In this document: positions 16,996 to 24,322 of the stretch, piece after piece
How positions within the stretch are numbered: position 1 is the stretch's first letter
Layout: the number at the start of each line of letters is the position of its first letter
Assembly: GCF_000023205.1 (NCBI RefSeq)
Contig: NC_012803.1
Location: forward strand, 450,001 to 482,000
Direction: 5' to 3'
DNA length: 32,000 nucleotides
Source of the DNA: Micrococcus luteus NCTC 2665
GTDB lineage: Bacteria > Actinomycetota > Actinomycetes > Actinomycetales > Micrococcaceae
Translations under genes and position numbers: made by a program
Notes under the pieces: model-generated
Database searches by the model: none
Told to the model about the DNA's origin: nothing
Seen by the model: the letters and a program-made list of their open reading frames with translations, nothing else

Positions 16996-17319
16996 ATGCG
17001 TCTGCATCACGACCCGGGGCTGCAGCCCGAGCGCACCGTGATGAGCTGGGGCCGCACGGTCCTGGCGCTGAGCGTCCTCAGCCTCACGTTCCTGAGGTGG
17101 TGGCCGGCCGTCGGCGCCTGGGCGTTCGGGCCTGCGGTGGTGGCGGCCGTCGGCGGGGCGGCCGTGCTGGCCACGCAGCGCCGGCGCTACGTGGCGCAGG
17201 CGGACGGGATCACGCGGGAGCAGGCCCGGCCGGCGCTGGCGTCGGTGGCCTGCATGGTCGCGCTGGTGGTGGGCCTGGCGGCCCTCGGGATCACCGCCAC
17301 GCTGCTGCACGCGGCCTGA
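16996..17319 (+). CDS. Second DUF202-family membrane protein (YidG-like partner)
   Basis: Starts 4 nt after the previous stop. MRLHHDPGLQPERTVMSWGRTVLALSVLSLTFL is followed by two TM helices. Confidence 0.65.
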   Translation: MRLHHDPGLQPERTVMSWGRTVLALSVLSLTFLRWWPAVGAWAFGPAVVAAVGGAAVLATQRRRYVAQADGITREQARPALASVACMVALVVGLAALGITATLLHAA

Positions 17320-17329
17320 GCCGCGGACG

Positions 17330-17375
17330 ACGACGGCGCCCCTCACCTGCGCGGGCAGGTGAGGGGCGCCGTCGT
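17330..17375. terminator. 21-bp perfect stem-loop between convergent genes (candidate bidirectional terminator)
   Basis: ACGACGGCGCCCCTCACCTGC (17330-17350), loop GCGG, GCAGGTGAGGGGCGCCGTCGT (17355-17375). Pairing was verified base by base. Confidence 0.65.
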
Positions 17376-17394
17376 GCCTGCGGAGGTGGACCGC

Positions 17395-18588
17395 TCAGCG
17401 GGCGATCATGCCGTGGGGGTCGATGACGAACTTCTCCAGGGAGCCCTGGTCGAACTCCGCGTAGGCCTGGGGTGCCTCGTCCAGGCTGATCACGCGCGGG
17501 TTGACCATCTCCGTCAGGTACGGCATCCGGTCCCACAGGATCGACATCATCAGCTGGCGGTTGTAGCGCATGATGGGCGCCTGCCCGCCGATGATGTGGG
17601 GCGACTTGATCCAGGCCTTGCCGAAGTCCACCGGGAAGGTGCCCTCCTGCTCGGCCTTCGTCTCCGCGATCGGGTCCGGCCCGTAGATGCCGATGATGCC
17701 CGTGGCACCGCCCGGACGGGTGACGTCCAGGACCTGGTTCACGGCGGCGATCGGCTGCATCTCATCGGATGCGGAGCCCAGGCCATGGGCCTCGGAGCCG
17801 ACGCAGTCCACCGCGCAGTCCACCATCGGCTCGCCGAGGATGTCGTTCACGGCGTCCTGCAGGTTCTCCGTGGTGGAGAGGTCGATGGTCTCGCAGCCGT
17901 GCTTGCGCACCAGCTCCAGCCGCGAGGCGTCTTGATCGCCCACGATGATGCACGAGGCGCCCAGCAGCCGAGCGGCGGCCGCGGCGCACCGGCCCACAGG
18001 GCCGGCGCCGGCGATGTAGACGGTGGAGCCGGGCTTGGCGCCGGCCGACATGAGACCGTGGAACGCCGTGGGCAGGATGTCCGAGAGCACGGCGAGATCC
18101 AGGATCTTCTCCATCGCCTGCTCCTGGTCCGGGAAGCGCAGCAGCTGGAAGTCGGCGTAGGGCACGAACAGGTACTCGGCCTGTCCGCCCTGGAAGTCGC
18201 CCAGATTGAAGCCGTAGGCGGCGCACGCCTGCTCCGGGTTGGCGGTCTCACAGACCTCGGTGCGGCCGGCGCGGCAGTTGCGGCAGCGGCCGCAGGCCAC
18301 GTTGAACGGCACGGAGACGAGGTCGCCCTCCTGCAGGAACTGGACGTCGCTGCCGACCTCCAGCACCTGGCCGGTCATCTCGTGACCCAGCACCATGCCC
18401 TCGGGTACGGGGAAGGAGCCGCGGTAGATGTGCAGGTCGCTGCCGCAGATGTTGGTGGCGACGATCTTGAGGATGACGCCGTGCGGGGCGGCGGAGCCGT
18501 TGGGCATCTCCAGCTTGGGGAAGTCCAGCTCGTCGACGCGCACGTCCTTGATGCCGTGGAATGCCACGGCGCGGTTCTTGGTGGTCAT
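17395..18588 (-). CDS. Zn-dependent medium-chain dehydrogenase of the glutathione-independent formaldehyde dehydrogenase (FdhA) type
   Basis: Internal ATG at 18588 gives 397 aa. MTTKNRAVAFHGIKDVRVDELDFPKLE...ATNICGSDLHIYRG...GHEMTGQVLEVG..., structural-Zn cluster CGRCRNCRAGRTEVC, Rossmann motif IAGAGPVGRCAAAAARLLGA and the tail WDRMPYLTEMVNPRVISLDEAPQAYAEFDQG. The 1242-aa track ORF that contains it is a shadow artefact. Confidence 0.8.
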   Translation of the reverse strand: MTTKNRAVAFHGIKDVRVDELDFPKLEMPNGSAAPHGVILKIVATNICGSDLHIYRGSFPVPEGMVLGHEMTGQVLEVGSDVQFLQEGDLVSVPFNVACGRCRNCRAGRTEVCETANPEQACAAYGFNLGDFQGGQAEYLFVPYADFQLLRFPDQEQAMEKILDLAVLSDILPTAFHGLMSAGAKPGSTVYIAGAGPVGRCAAAAARLLGASCIIVGDQDASRLELVRKHGCETIDLSTTENLQDAVNDILGEPMVDCAVDCVGSEAHGLGSASDEMQPIAAVNQVLDVTRPGGATGIIGIYGPDPIAETKAEQEGTFPVDFGKAWIKSPHIIGGQAPIMRYNRQLMMSILWDRMPYLTEMVNPRVISLDEAPQAYAEFDQGSLEKFVIDPHGMIAR

Positions 18589-18797
18589 GAAACCGTTGCC
18601 TTTCTGTCTCCAGTGAGGCCCCAGGGGGGCGAGAGACGGGGCGAACCCGAGGGGGGCCCAGTCCCGGGCTGTACGCACACAGTAGGGGGCCGGGAAGATC
18701 CCGGCCAAGGGGTGGCCCGCCACCGCACCGCCTGGCCTCGGCCATCGTGCGGGCGTCGGAGGATCACAGGCCCCGGGGTCATCGGCCAGGGGCACTC

Positions 18798-20291
18798 TCA
18801 GACCGCGGCGTCGACGCCGTGGCGGGAGCGCACCCGCCAGGCCTCGAGGACCGCGGGGTCGGTGGGCCGGGTCATCAGGCTGAGGAGGACGTACACGACG
18901 GCGGAGGCGGCCAGGCCGACGTAGATCGGCTCGTTCGCGAAGACGCCCTCGAAGGGCTCGGCCGCGTTCAGCTCGAGCCAGCCCATGGTGCCGAGGGTGC
19001 CCACCGTCCCGACCACCATGGACCACAGCGCCGCCGTGCCGGTGCCGCGCTTCCACACGAGGCCGCCGACGATCGCGACGAACAGGCCGCCCACGAGGAT
19101 GTCGTACGCGATGGTCAGGGCCGCCACCACGTCTGGGACGACGATCGCCAGCCCCAGCACGACGGCGCCGAGCAGCAGCACCCAGCCGCGGTTCGAGGCG
19201 AGCTCCGCCGCGGTCTCCGGAGCCTCGTCCTCGGAGGCGGCGGCCTCGGAGGCGGCGGCCTCGCCGCGGAGGATCGGGAGGATGTCGGTGCGCATCACGG
19301 TCGAGGCCGCGATGATCGCCCCCGAGGCGGTGGACATCATGGCCGCGACGGCGGCCGCCAGTGCCACGCCGCCCACGCCGACGGGCAGCAGGTTCTGGGC
19401 GACCCACGCGAACACGTCGTCCGTGGTGGCGATGTCCGCGGTCACCGTGCGCGCGGCCATGCCGATCAGCGCGCCGGCGACGCCGTACACGATGCAGTAC
19501 AGCCCCGCGGTGGCGCCGCCGATCTGGGCCACGCGCGGGGAGCGGGCCGTGAAGACGCGCTGCCAGACGTCCTGGCCGATCAGCAGGCCGAGGGTGTAGA
19601 CCACGAAGTAGGTGACGATCGACTGCACGCCGATCCCGTCCCAGCTGAAGAACTCGGCGCCCAGGCGCTCCTGCATGGCTCCCCAGCCGCCGGCGTTGGC
19701 CAAGGAGAGGGGGAGCATGAGGGCGAACATGCCGATGGTCATGATGAGGAACTGGGCCATGTCCGCCAGGGTGATGGACCACATGCCGCCGAGCACGGAG
19801 TAGGCCAGCACGATGCCGCCGCCCACCAGGACGGACAGCCAGCGGTCCCAGCCGAAGAGCACCACGAAGATCGACGCGTAGGCGCCCGTGGAGGTGGCGG
19901 CGAGCATGAGCGTGTAGGCGAGCATCACGAAGGAGGAGGCGTGGGAGGCCCCGCCGCGGCCGTACCGCAGGCGCAGCATCTGCGAGACGGTGTAGATCTT
20001 CAGACGGGCCAGGATCGGGGCGAACGCCACCGACAGGATGAGCACGCCGACGCCGATGGCGGCCACGAGCCACGCGCCGGAGAGCCCGAACTCGTACCCC
20101 AGGCCGACGCCGCCCACGGTGGCGGCGCCGCCGAGCACGACGGCGGCCATGGTGCCGGTGAACAGCACCGGCCCGAGGCGGCGGCCCGCCACGAGGTAGT
20201 CCTCCGAGCTGGCGGCGCGGGTCTTGCCCCACCAGCCGAAGGCGAGCATGCCGACCAGGTAGACGGCGACGATGGTCAGGTTGAGGGTCAC
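18798..20291 (-). CDS. Sodium:solute symporter family (SSF) transporter
   Basis: 497 aa with a GTG start. MTLNLTIVAVYLVGMLAFGWWGKTRAASSEDYLVAGRRLGPVLFTGTMAA...GGAATVGG..G is typical of PutP/SSF N-termini. About 12-13 hydrophobic helices run through the protein. Confidence 0.8.
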   Translation of the reverse strand: MTLNLTIVAVYLVGMLAFGWWGKTRAASSEDYLVAGRRLGPVLFTGTMAAVVLGGAATVGGVGLGYEFGLSGAWLVAAIGVGVLILSVAFAPILARLKIYTVSQMLRLRYGRGGASHASSFVMLAYTLMLAATSTGAYASIFVVLFGWDRWLSVLVGGGIVLAYSVLGGMWSITLADMAQFLIMTIGMFALMLPLSLANAGGWGAMQERLGAEFFSWDGIGVQSIVTYFVVYTLGLLIGQDVWQRVFTARSPRVAQIGGATAGLYCIVYGVAGALIGMAARTVTADIATTDDVFAWVAQNLLPVGVGGVALAAAVAAMMSTASGAIIAASTVMRTDILPILRGEAAASEAAASEDEAPETAAELASNRGWVLLLGAVVLGLAIVVPDVVAALTIAYDILVGGLFVAIVGGLVWKRGTGTAALWSMVVGTVGTLGTMGWLELNAAEPFEGVFANEPIYVGLAASAVVYVLLSLMTRPTDPAVLEAWRVRSRHGVDAAV

Positions 20292-20357
20292 GGGTGGTCC
20301 TTGGGGCGAGGGGATCCAGGGCGCCGGGATGCGGGGGCGCCGCGAGCGGGACAGGAG

Positions 20358-20452
20358 AGATCGGCGTGTTGCCGATCACACGATCTGGGTCTACGGTAAA
20401 CATATGTTGTCCATCGGGCAACATGTCATGCAGGATGACATCGCGACGTCGC
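20358..20452. promoter_or_regulatory. Divergent promoter/operator region with nested palindromes between the symporter and the XRE-cupin regulator
   Basis: GATCGG/CCGATC (20359-20364 / 20372-20377). TTGCCGAT (20369-20376) versus ATCGGGCAA (20413-20421). AACATATGTT is a perfect 10-bp palindrome (20399-20408). ATGTTG/CAACAT (20404-20409 / 20419-20424). ATGTCAT-N5-ATGACAT (20423-20441). GCGACGTCGC is a perfect 10-bp palindrome (20443-20452). The patch is locally AT-rich in an otherwise GC-rich genome. Confidence 0.5.
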
Positions 20453-20473
20453 ACGACGCGAGGAAGGAACGCG

Positions 20474-21043
20474 ATGAAGGCCCTCCCGCTCGAGACCGCG
20501 CCGGGCCAGGCGCTGATCGGCCGCCGGCTGCGTGCGCTGCGCGAGGCGCGGCGGCTCACCGTGGCCCAGCTGGCCGAGGCGGCCGGCGTCAGCAAGGGCT
20601 TCCTCTCCCGCCTCGAGCGGGACCTGACGAGCCCGTCCGTGAGCACGCTCGTGACCCTGTGCCAGGTGCTCGGTGCGAGCCCGGGCGACGTCCTGGACGC
20701 GCCCGAGGTGACGGTCGTGCGCCTCGCCGACGCCCCCGCGGTCAGTCTCGGCGGTGAGGGCATCCGCGAGCGCCTGATCACCCCGCGCGGCAGTCGCGAC
20801 CTGCAGATCCTGCGCGCTGACATCGCACCGCATGGCCGCGGGGAGGCGGAGCTGTACACCGTGGACTGCCGCGTGGAGGCGGTGCACGTGGTCACCGGCC
20901 GCCTCGAGCTGCGGACCACCGAGGCCGTGCACCTGTTGGAGGAGGGGGACACCGTCACCTTCCCCGGCCGCGAGCCCCACTCGTGGGCCAATCCGGACGA
21001 GCGCCCCGCCGTCGTGCTGTGGACCCTCGTGGGCCACGCATGA
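20474..21043 (+). CDS. XRE-family HTH plus cupin-domain transcriptional regulator
   Basis: ATG at 20474 is preceded by AGGAAGGA. The HTH is [40 protein letters not shown]. The C-terminal cupin is [12 protein letters not shown]...[16 protein letters not shown]. Confidence 0.8.
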   Translation: MKALPLETAPGQALIGRRLRALREARRLTVAQLAEAAGVSKGFLSRLERDLTSPSVSTLVTLCQVLGASPGDVLDAPEVTVVRLADAPAVSLGGEGIRERLITPRGSRDLQILRADIAPHGRGEAELYTVDCRVEAVHVVTGRLELRTTEAVHLLEEGDTVTFPGREPHSWANPDERPAVVLWTLVGHA

Positions 21044-21068
21044 CCCCGTGCGGCACGCCCGCACCGCA

Positions 21069-21109
21069 CAGACCAGACAGACCAGACAGAACCGAATCGA
21101 ACCGAACCG
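21069..21109 (+). repeat. C/A-rich tandem repeat tract in the leader of the ureohydrolase gene
   Basis: CAGACCAGA (21069-21077), CAGACCAGA (21078-21086) and CAGAACCGA (21087-21095), then ATCGAACCGAACCG. GAACCGA-type units recur 3 times. The tract contains a single T. Confidence 0.5.
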
Positions 21110-21128
21110 CCCCGAGAGGACATCCCAG

Positions 21129-22145
21129 ATGCTCGAGATCCCCCGCGTCGAGGACAACGGACGCCTCGGCCCCGTGAACTCCGCCCTCGTGCCCCGCTAC
21201 GGCGGTGCCCCCACCTACGCGCTGCTGTCGCGCCTGGACGAGGCGGCCGCGGCCGGCGTCGCCCCGGAGATCAAGGTGGTCGGCGTGCCGTTCGACGCCG
21301 GCGTCTCCTACCGCCCCGGTGCACGCTTCGGGTCCGGCCACGTGCGGCAGTCCTCGCGGCTGCTGCGCCCGTACAACCCGGCCACGGACACCTCGCCCTT
21401 CGCACAGGCTCAGGTGGTGGACGCCGGCGACATGGCGGTGAACCCGTTCAACATCGGCGAGGCCATCGAGGCGATCCAGCAGGACGCGATGGACCTCACC
21501 GAGGACGGCTCCTCACTCATGACCATCGGCGGCGACCACACCATCGCGCTGCCGCTGCTGCGCGCCGCCTCCGCCCGGGCGGGTGAGCCCGTGGCCCTGC
21601 TGCACTTCGACGCCCACCTGGACACGTGGGACACCTACTTCGGCGCCGAGTACACCCACGGCACGCCGTTCCGCCGCGCCGTGGAGGAGGGGATCCTGGA
21701 CACCGAGGCCATCTCGCATGTGGGCACCCGCGGTCCGCTCTACGGCAAGAAGGACCTCGACGACGACCACCGCATGGGCTTCGGCATCGTCACCTCCTCG
21801 GATGTGTTCCGTCAGGGCGTGGACGAGATCGTGGACCAGCTGCGCCAGCGCATCGGGGGCCGGCCGCTCTACATCTCGGTGGACATCGACGTCCTCGACC
21901 CCGCGCACGCCCCGGGCACCGGAACCCCCGAGGCCGGCGGCATCACGAGCCGCGAGCTGCTCGAGATCCTGCGTGGGCTGCGCGGGCTGGACATCGTGGG
22001 CGCGGACCTGGTGGAGGTGGCCCCGGCCTACGACCACGCCGAGCTGACCGGCGTCGCCGCCTCCCATGTGGCCTATGACCTCATCTCCCTGATGGCCGAC
22101 CGCCGCGCCACCCGCGCGGCCGCCGGTGAGGAGCCGGGCCGATGA
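21129..22145 (+). CDS. Agmatinase-family ureohydrolase (agmatinase / guanidinobutyrase / guanidinopropionase type)
   Basis: ATG at 21129 is preceded by GAGAGGA. The arginase-fold Mn motifs are present: [40 protein letters not shown] and [10 protein letters not shown]. Substrate cannot be assigned from sequence alone. Confidence 0.85.
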   Translation: MLEIPRVEDNGRLGPVNSALVPRYGGAPTYALLSRLDEAAAAGVAPEIKVVGVPFDAGVSYRPGARFGSGHVRQSSRLLRPYNPATDTSPFAQAQVVDAGDMAVNPFNIGEAIEAIQQDAMDLTEDGSSLMTIGGDHTIALPLLRAASARAGEPVALLHFDAHLDTWDTYFGAEYTHGTPFRRAVEEGILDTEAISHVGTRGPLYGKKDLDDDHRMGFGIVTSSDVFRQGVDEIVDQLRQRIGGRPLYISVDIDVLDPAHAPGTGTPEAGGITSRELLEILRGLRGLDIVGADLVEVAPAYDHAELTGVAASHVAYDLISLMADRRATRAAAGEEPGR

Positions 22146-23857
22146 CAGACGAGCAGACGACGACGGCGGCCCCGCGGCGCAACGGCGGCGACCTCGCCGT
22201 CGAGACGCTCCACGCCCTGGGAGCACGGACGGTCTTCGGCATCCCGGGCCAGCACGCCCTCGGCCTCTTCGACGCCCTGTCCCGCTCCCCGCTGGAGTTC
22301 GTCTCGAACCGCGTGGAGAACAACGCCGCCTTCGCCGCGGACGGATACGCCCGGGCCACCGGCGAGGTCGGCGTCCTGTTCCTGTCCACCGGCCCGGGCG
22401 CGCTCACCTCGCTGGCCGGCCTGCAGGAGGCCTACGCGACCGGTGTGCCGATGCTGGTGATCGCCTCGCAGATCCCGTTGTCCGGGCTCGGTGCCCGGCG
22501 CAAGGGCATGCTGCACCAGCTGGACGACCAGAAGGCCTCGGCCCGCAACGTCACCAAGGCCCAGTTCACGGTGCACCACGCCTCGGGCATCCCCTCCGCC
22601 ATCCAGGACGCATGGGCCGAGGCCATCACCGTGCCGCAGGGGCCGGTGTGGGTCGAGATCCCGCAGGACGTGCTGCTCGGCGAGGTCATGGTGCCCCCGG
22701 TCGAGGACGCCCTGGCCGTGCCCTACGACCACCCGCCGCGCGCCGAGCTCGTGGCCGAGTCCGTGCGCTGGCTGCGCGGGGCCGGGCGGGTGGCGATCGT
22801 GGCCGGCGGCGGTGTGCGCCGCTCCGGCCGGGCCGCGATGGCGAGCCTGCGGGAGGTCGCGGAGCTGCTCCAGGCGCCCGTGGTCTGCTCGCCGGGCGGC
22901 AACACCGCCTTCCCGTGGGAGCACCCGCTCAGCCTCGGCGGCTGGGTGGAGGACCGCCTCGTCACGGACCTGCTCGAGGACGCGGAGGTGCTGCTCGTGG
23001 TGGGCTCCTCGCTCGGCGAGGTCACCTCGAACTACTTCACGCTCGAGCCGCGCGGCCGCCTCATCCAGGTGGACGCGGAGCCGCGTGTGCTGGAGACCAA
23101 CCACCCCACGCTGGGTGTGCGCGCCGACGCCGGCCAGGCGCTCGACGCCCTCGCCGCGGCGCTGCGCGAGTCGGGCTCGGTGGCGCAGGACGCCGCCGTC
23201 TGGCACGGCCGCACCCCGGCCGAGGTGGTCGCCGACGTCAACGCGCGGATCGGCTCCCGGCTCGACGCCCAGGACCTCGGCGTGGAGCGCCGGCTCCTGG
23301 CGGACATCCGCGCCGCCGTCCCGTCGACCATGCAGACGTACTGGGACATGACCATCGCCGCCTACTGGGCGTGGAACTGCTGGGACGCGCAGGACGGCGA
23401 GTTCCACTCGGCGCAGGGCGCCGGGGGGCTCGGCTACGGGTTCCCGGCCGCGTTCGGCGGCGCGGTGGGCCTGGCCCACCAGGGACGCACCGGGATCGAC
23501 GGGCGCGTGCTCGCCGTCGCCGGCGACGGCTCGGCGATGTACTCCATCGCCGAGCTCGCGGCCGCCAGGCAGCACGGCGCGGCGGTGACGTGGCTGATCA
23601 TCGACGACGGCGGGTACGGCATCCTGCGCGAGTACATGGAGGGCGCGTTCGGCAAGGCCACGGCCACCGAGCTCGACCGGCCGGACTTCCAGGCCCTCGC
23701 CGCCTCCTTCGGCGTGCCCGCCGAGACGGTGGGAGTGGAGGACGTGCGCGGCGCGCTCGAGCGCTCGTTCCAGGCGGACGGGCCGAACGTCGTCGTGGTG
23801 CAGACCCGCCTGGCGATGTGGGCGCCGAGCCACCTGGGGGAGGCCCCGGAGGTCTGA
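22142..23857 (+). CDS. Thiamine-diphosphate-dependent enzyme of the acetolactate-synthase-like superfamily (candidate 2-keto-acid decarboxylase)
   Basis: 571 aa. The ATG overlaps the upstream stop (ATGA at 22142-22145). N-terminal PYR domain: [26 protein letters not shown]...[15 protein letters not shown]...STGPGALT. ThDP-binding motif: [19 protein letters not shown]...[12 protein letters not shown]. Confidence 0.8.
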   Translation: MTDEQTTTAAPRRNGGDLAVETLHALGARTVFGIPGQHALGLFDALSRSPLEFVSNRVENNAAFAADGYARATGEVGVLFLSTGPGALTSLAGLQEAYATGVPMLVIASQIPLSGLGARRKGMLHQLDDQKASARNVTKAQFTVHHASGIPSAIQDAWAEAITVPQGPVWVEIPQDVLLGEVMVPPVEDALAVPYDHPPRAELVAESVRWLRGAGRVAIVAGGGVRRSGRAAMASLREVAELLQAPVVCSPGGNTAFPWEHPLSLGGWVEDRLVTDLLEDAEVLLVVGSSLGEVTSNYFTLEPRGRLIQVDAEPRVLETNHPTLGVRADAGQALDALAAALRESGSVAQDAAVWHGRTPAEVVADVNARIGSRLDAQDLGVERRLLADIRAAVPSTMQTYWDMTIAAYWAWNCWDAQDGEFHSAQGAGGLGYGFPAAFGGAVGLAHQGRTGIDGRVLAVAGDGSAMYSIAELAAARQHGAAVTWLIIDDGGYGILREYMEGAFGKATATELDRPDFQALAASFGVPAETVGVEDVRGALERSFQADGPNVVVVQTRLAMWAPSHLGEAPEV

Positions 23858-23888
23858 GGCGGCCCGGCGCGGTTCAGCGGGGGCCGCC
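23858..23888. terminator. Weak stem-loop immediately after the ThDP-enzyme stop
   Basis: GGCGGCCC (23858-23865) pairs with GGGCCGCC (23881-23888) over a 15-nt loop. No U-tract is present. Confidence 0.3.
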
Positions 23889-24322
23889 GGCCTCGAGCGG
23901 CTCGTCGTCCTGCCCCGCCCCGGCGGCCCGACGTTCAACACTCGTGCCACGAGCGCGGTGGCGCAAGGCCGCCCGGGGTGGGGTTGGCGTGCACCTGTGG
24001 CAACTCGAGTTGCGGGCGGTGCGTGCGCAGCGCGGTGACGAGGTGGACCACGGCCACGGAGCTGTCTCCGTGGCGAAGAAGCCGGACTCGGGCGTCAAGG
24101 GAGCCGGGCCGAGGGTCCGCGCGGACCGACCCGGTCACCAGGGACATGGCCCTCCATGTCGACGGCGCCGGGGCAGTTGCGGGCGTCCCGGCCGTGTCAG
24201 AAACCTCCCAGAGGACGTCCTGGAACCATCCCGCCGATCTCACGGAAACGTCTGGCGTTCGTTGCCATGCTGGCCTCTCGACGCGGCCCGCCACCCGGCG
24301 GGCACCCCACGAGAGGAACTCC

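Noticed and set aside
17395-21123. 1242-aa minus-strand ORF in the supplied track
   Set aside because: Only its last 397 codons (from ATG 18588) look like a real protein, the FdhA-type dehydrogenase. The upstream part is Arg/Gly/Pro-rich shadow sequence that overlaps the well-supported symporter and regulator genes in other frames.
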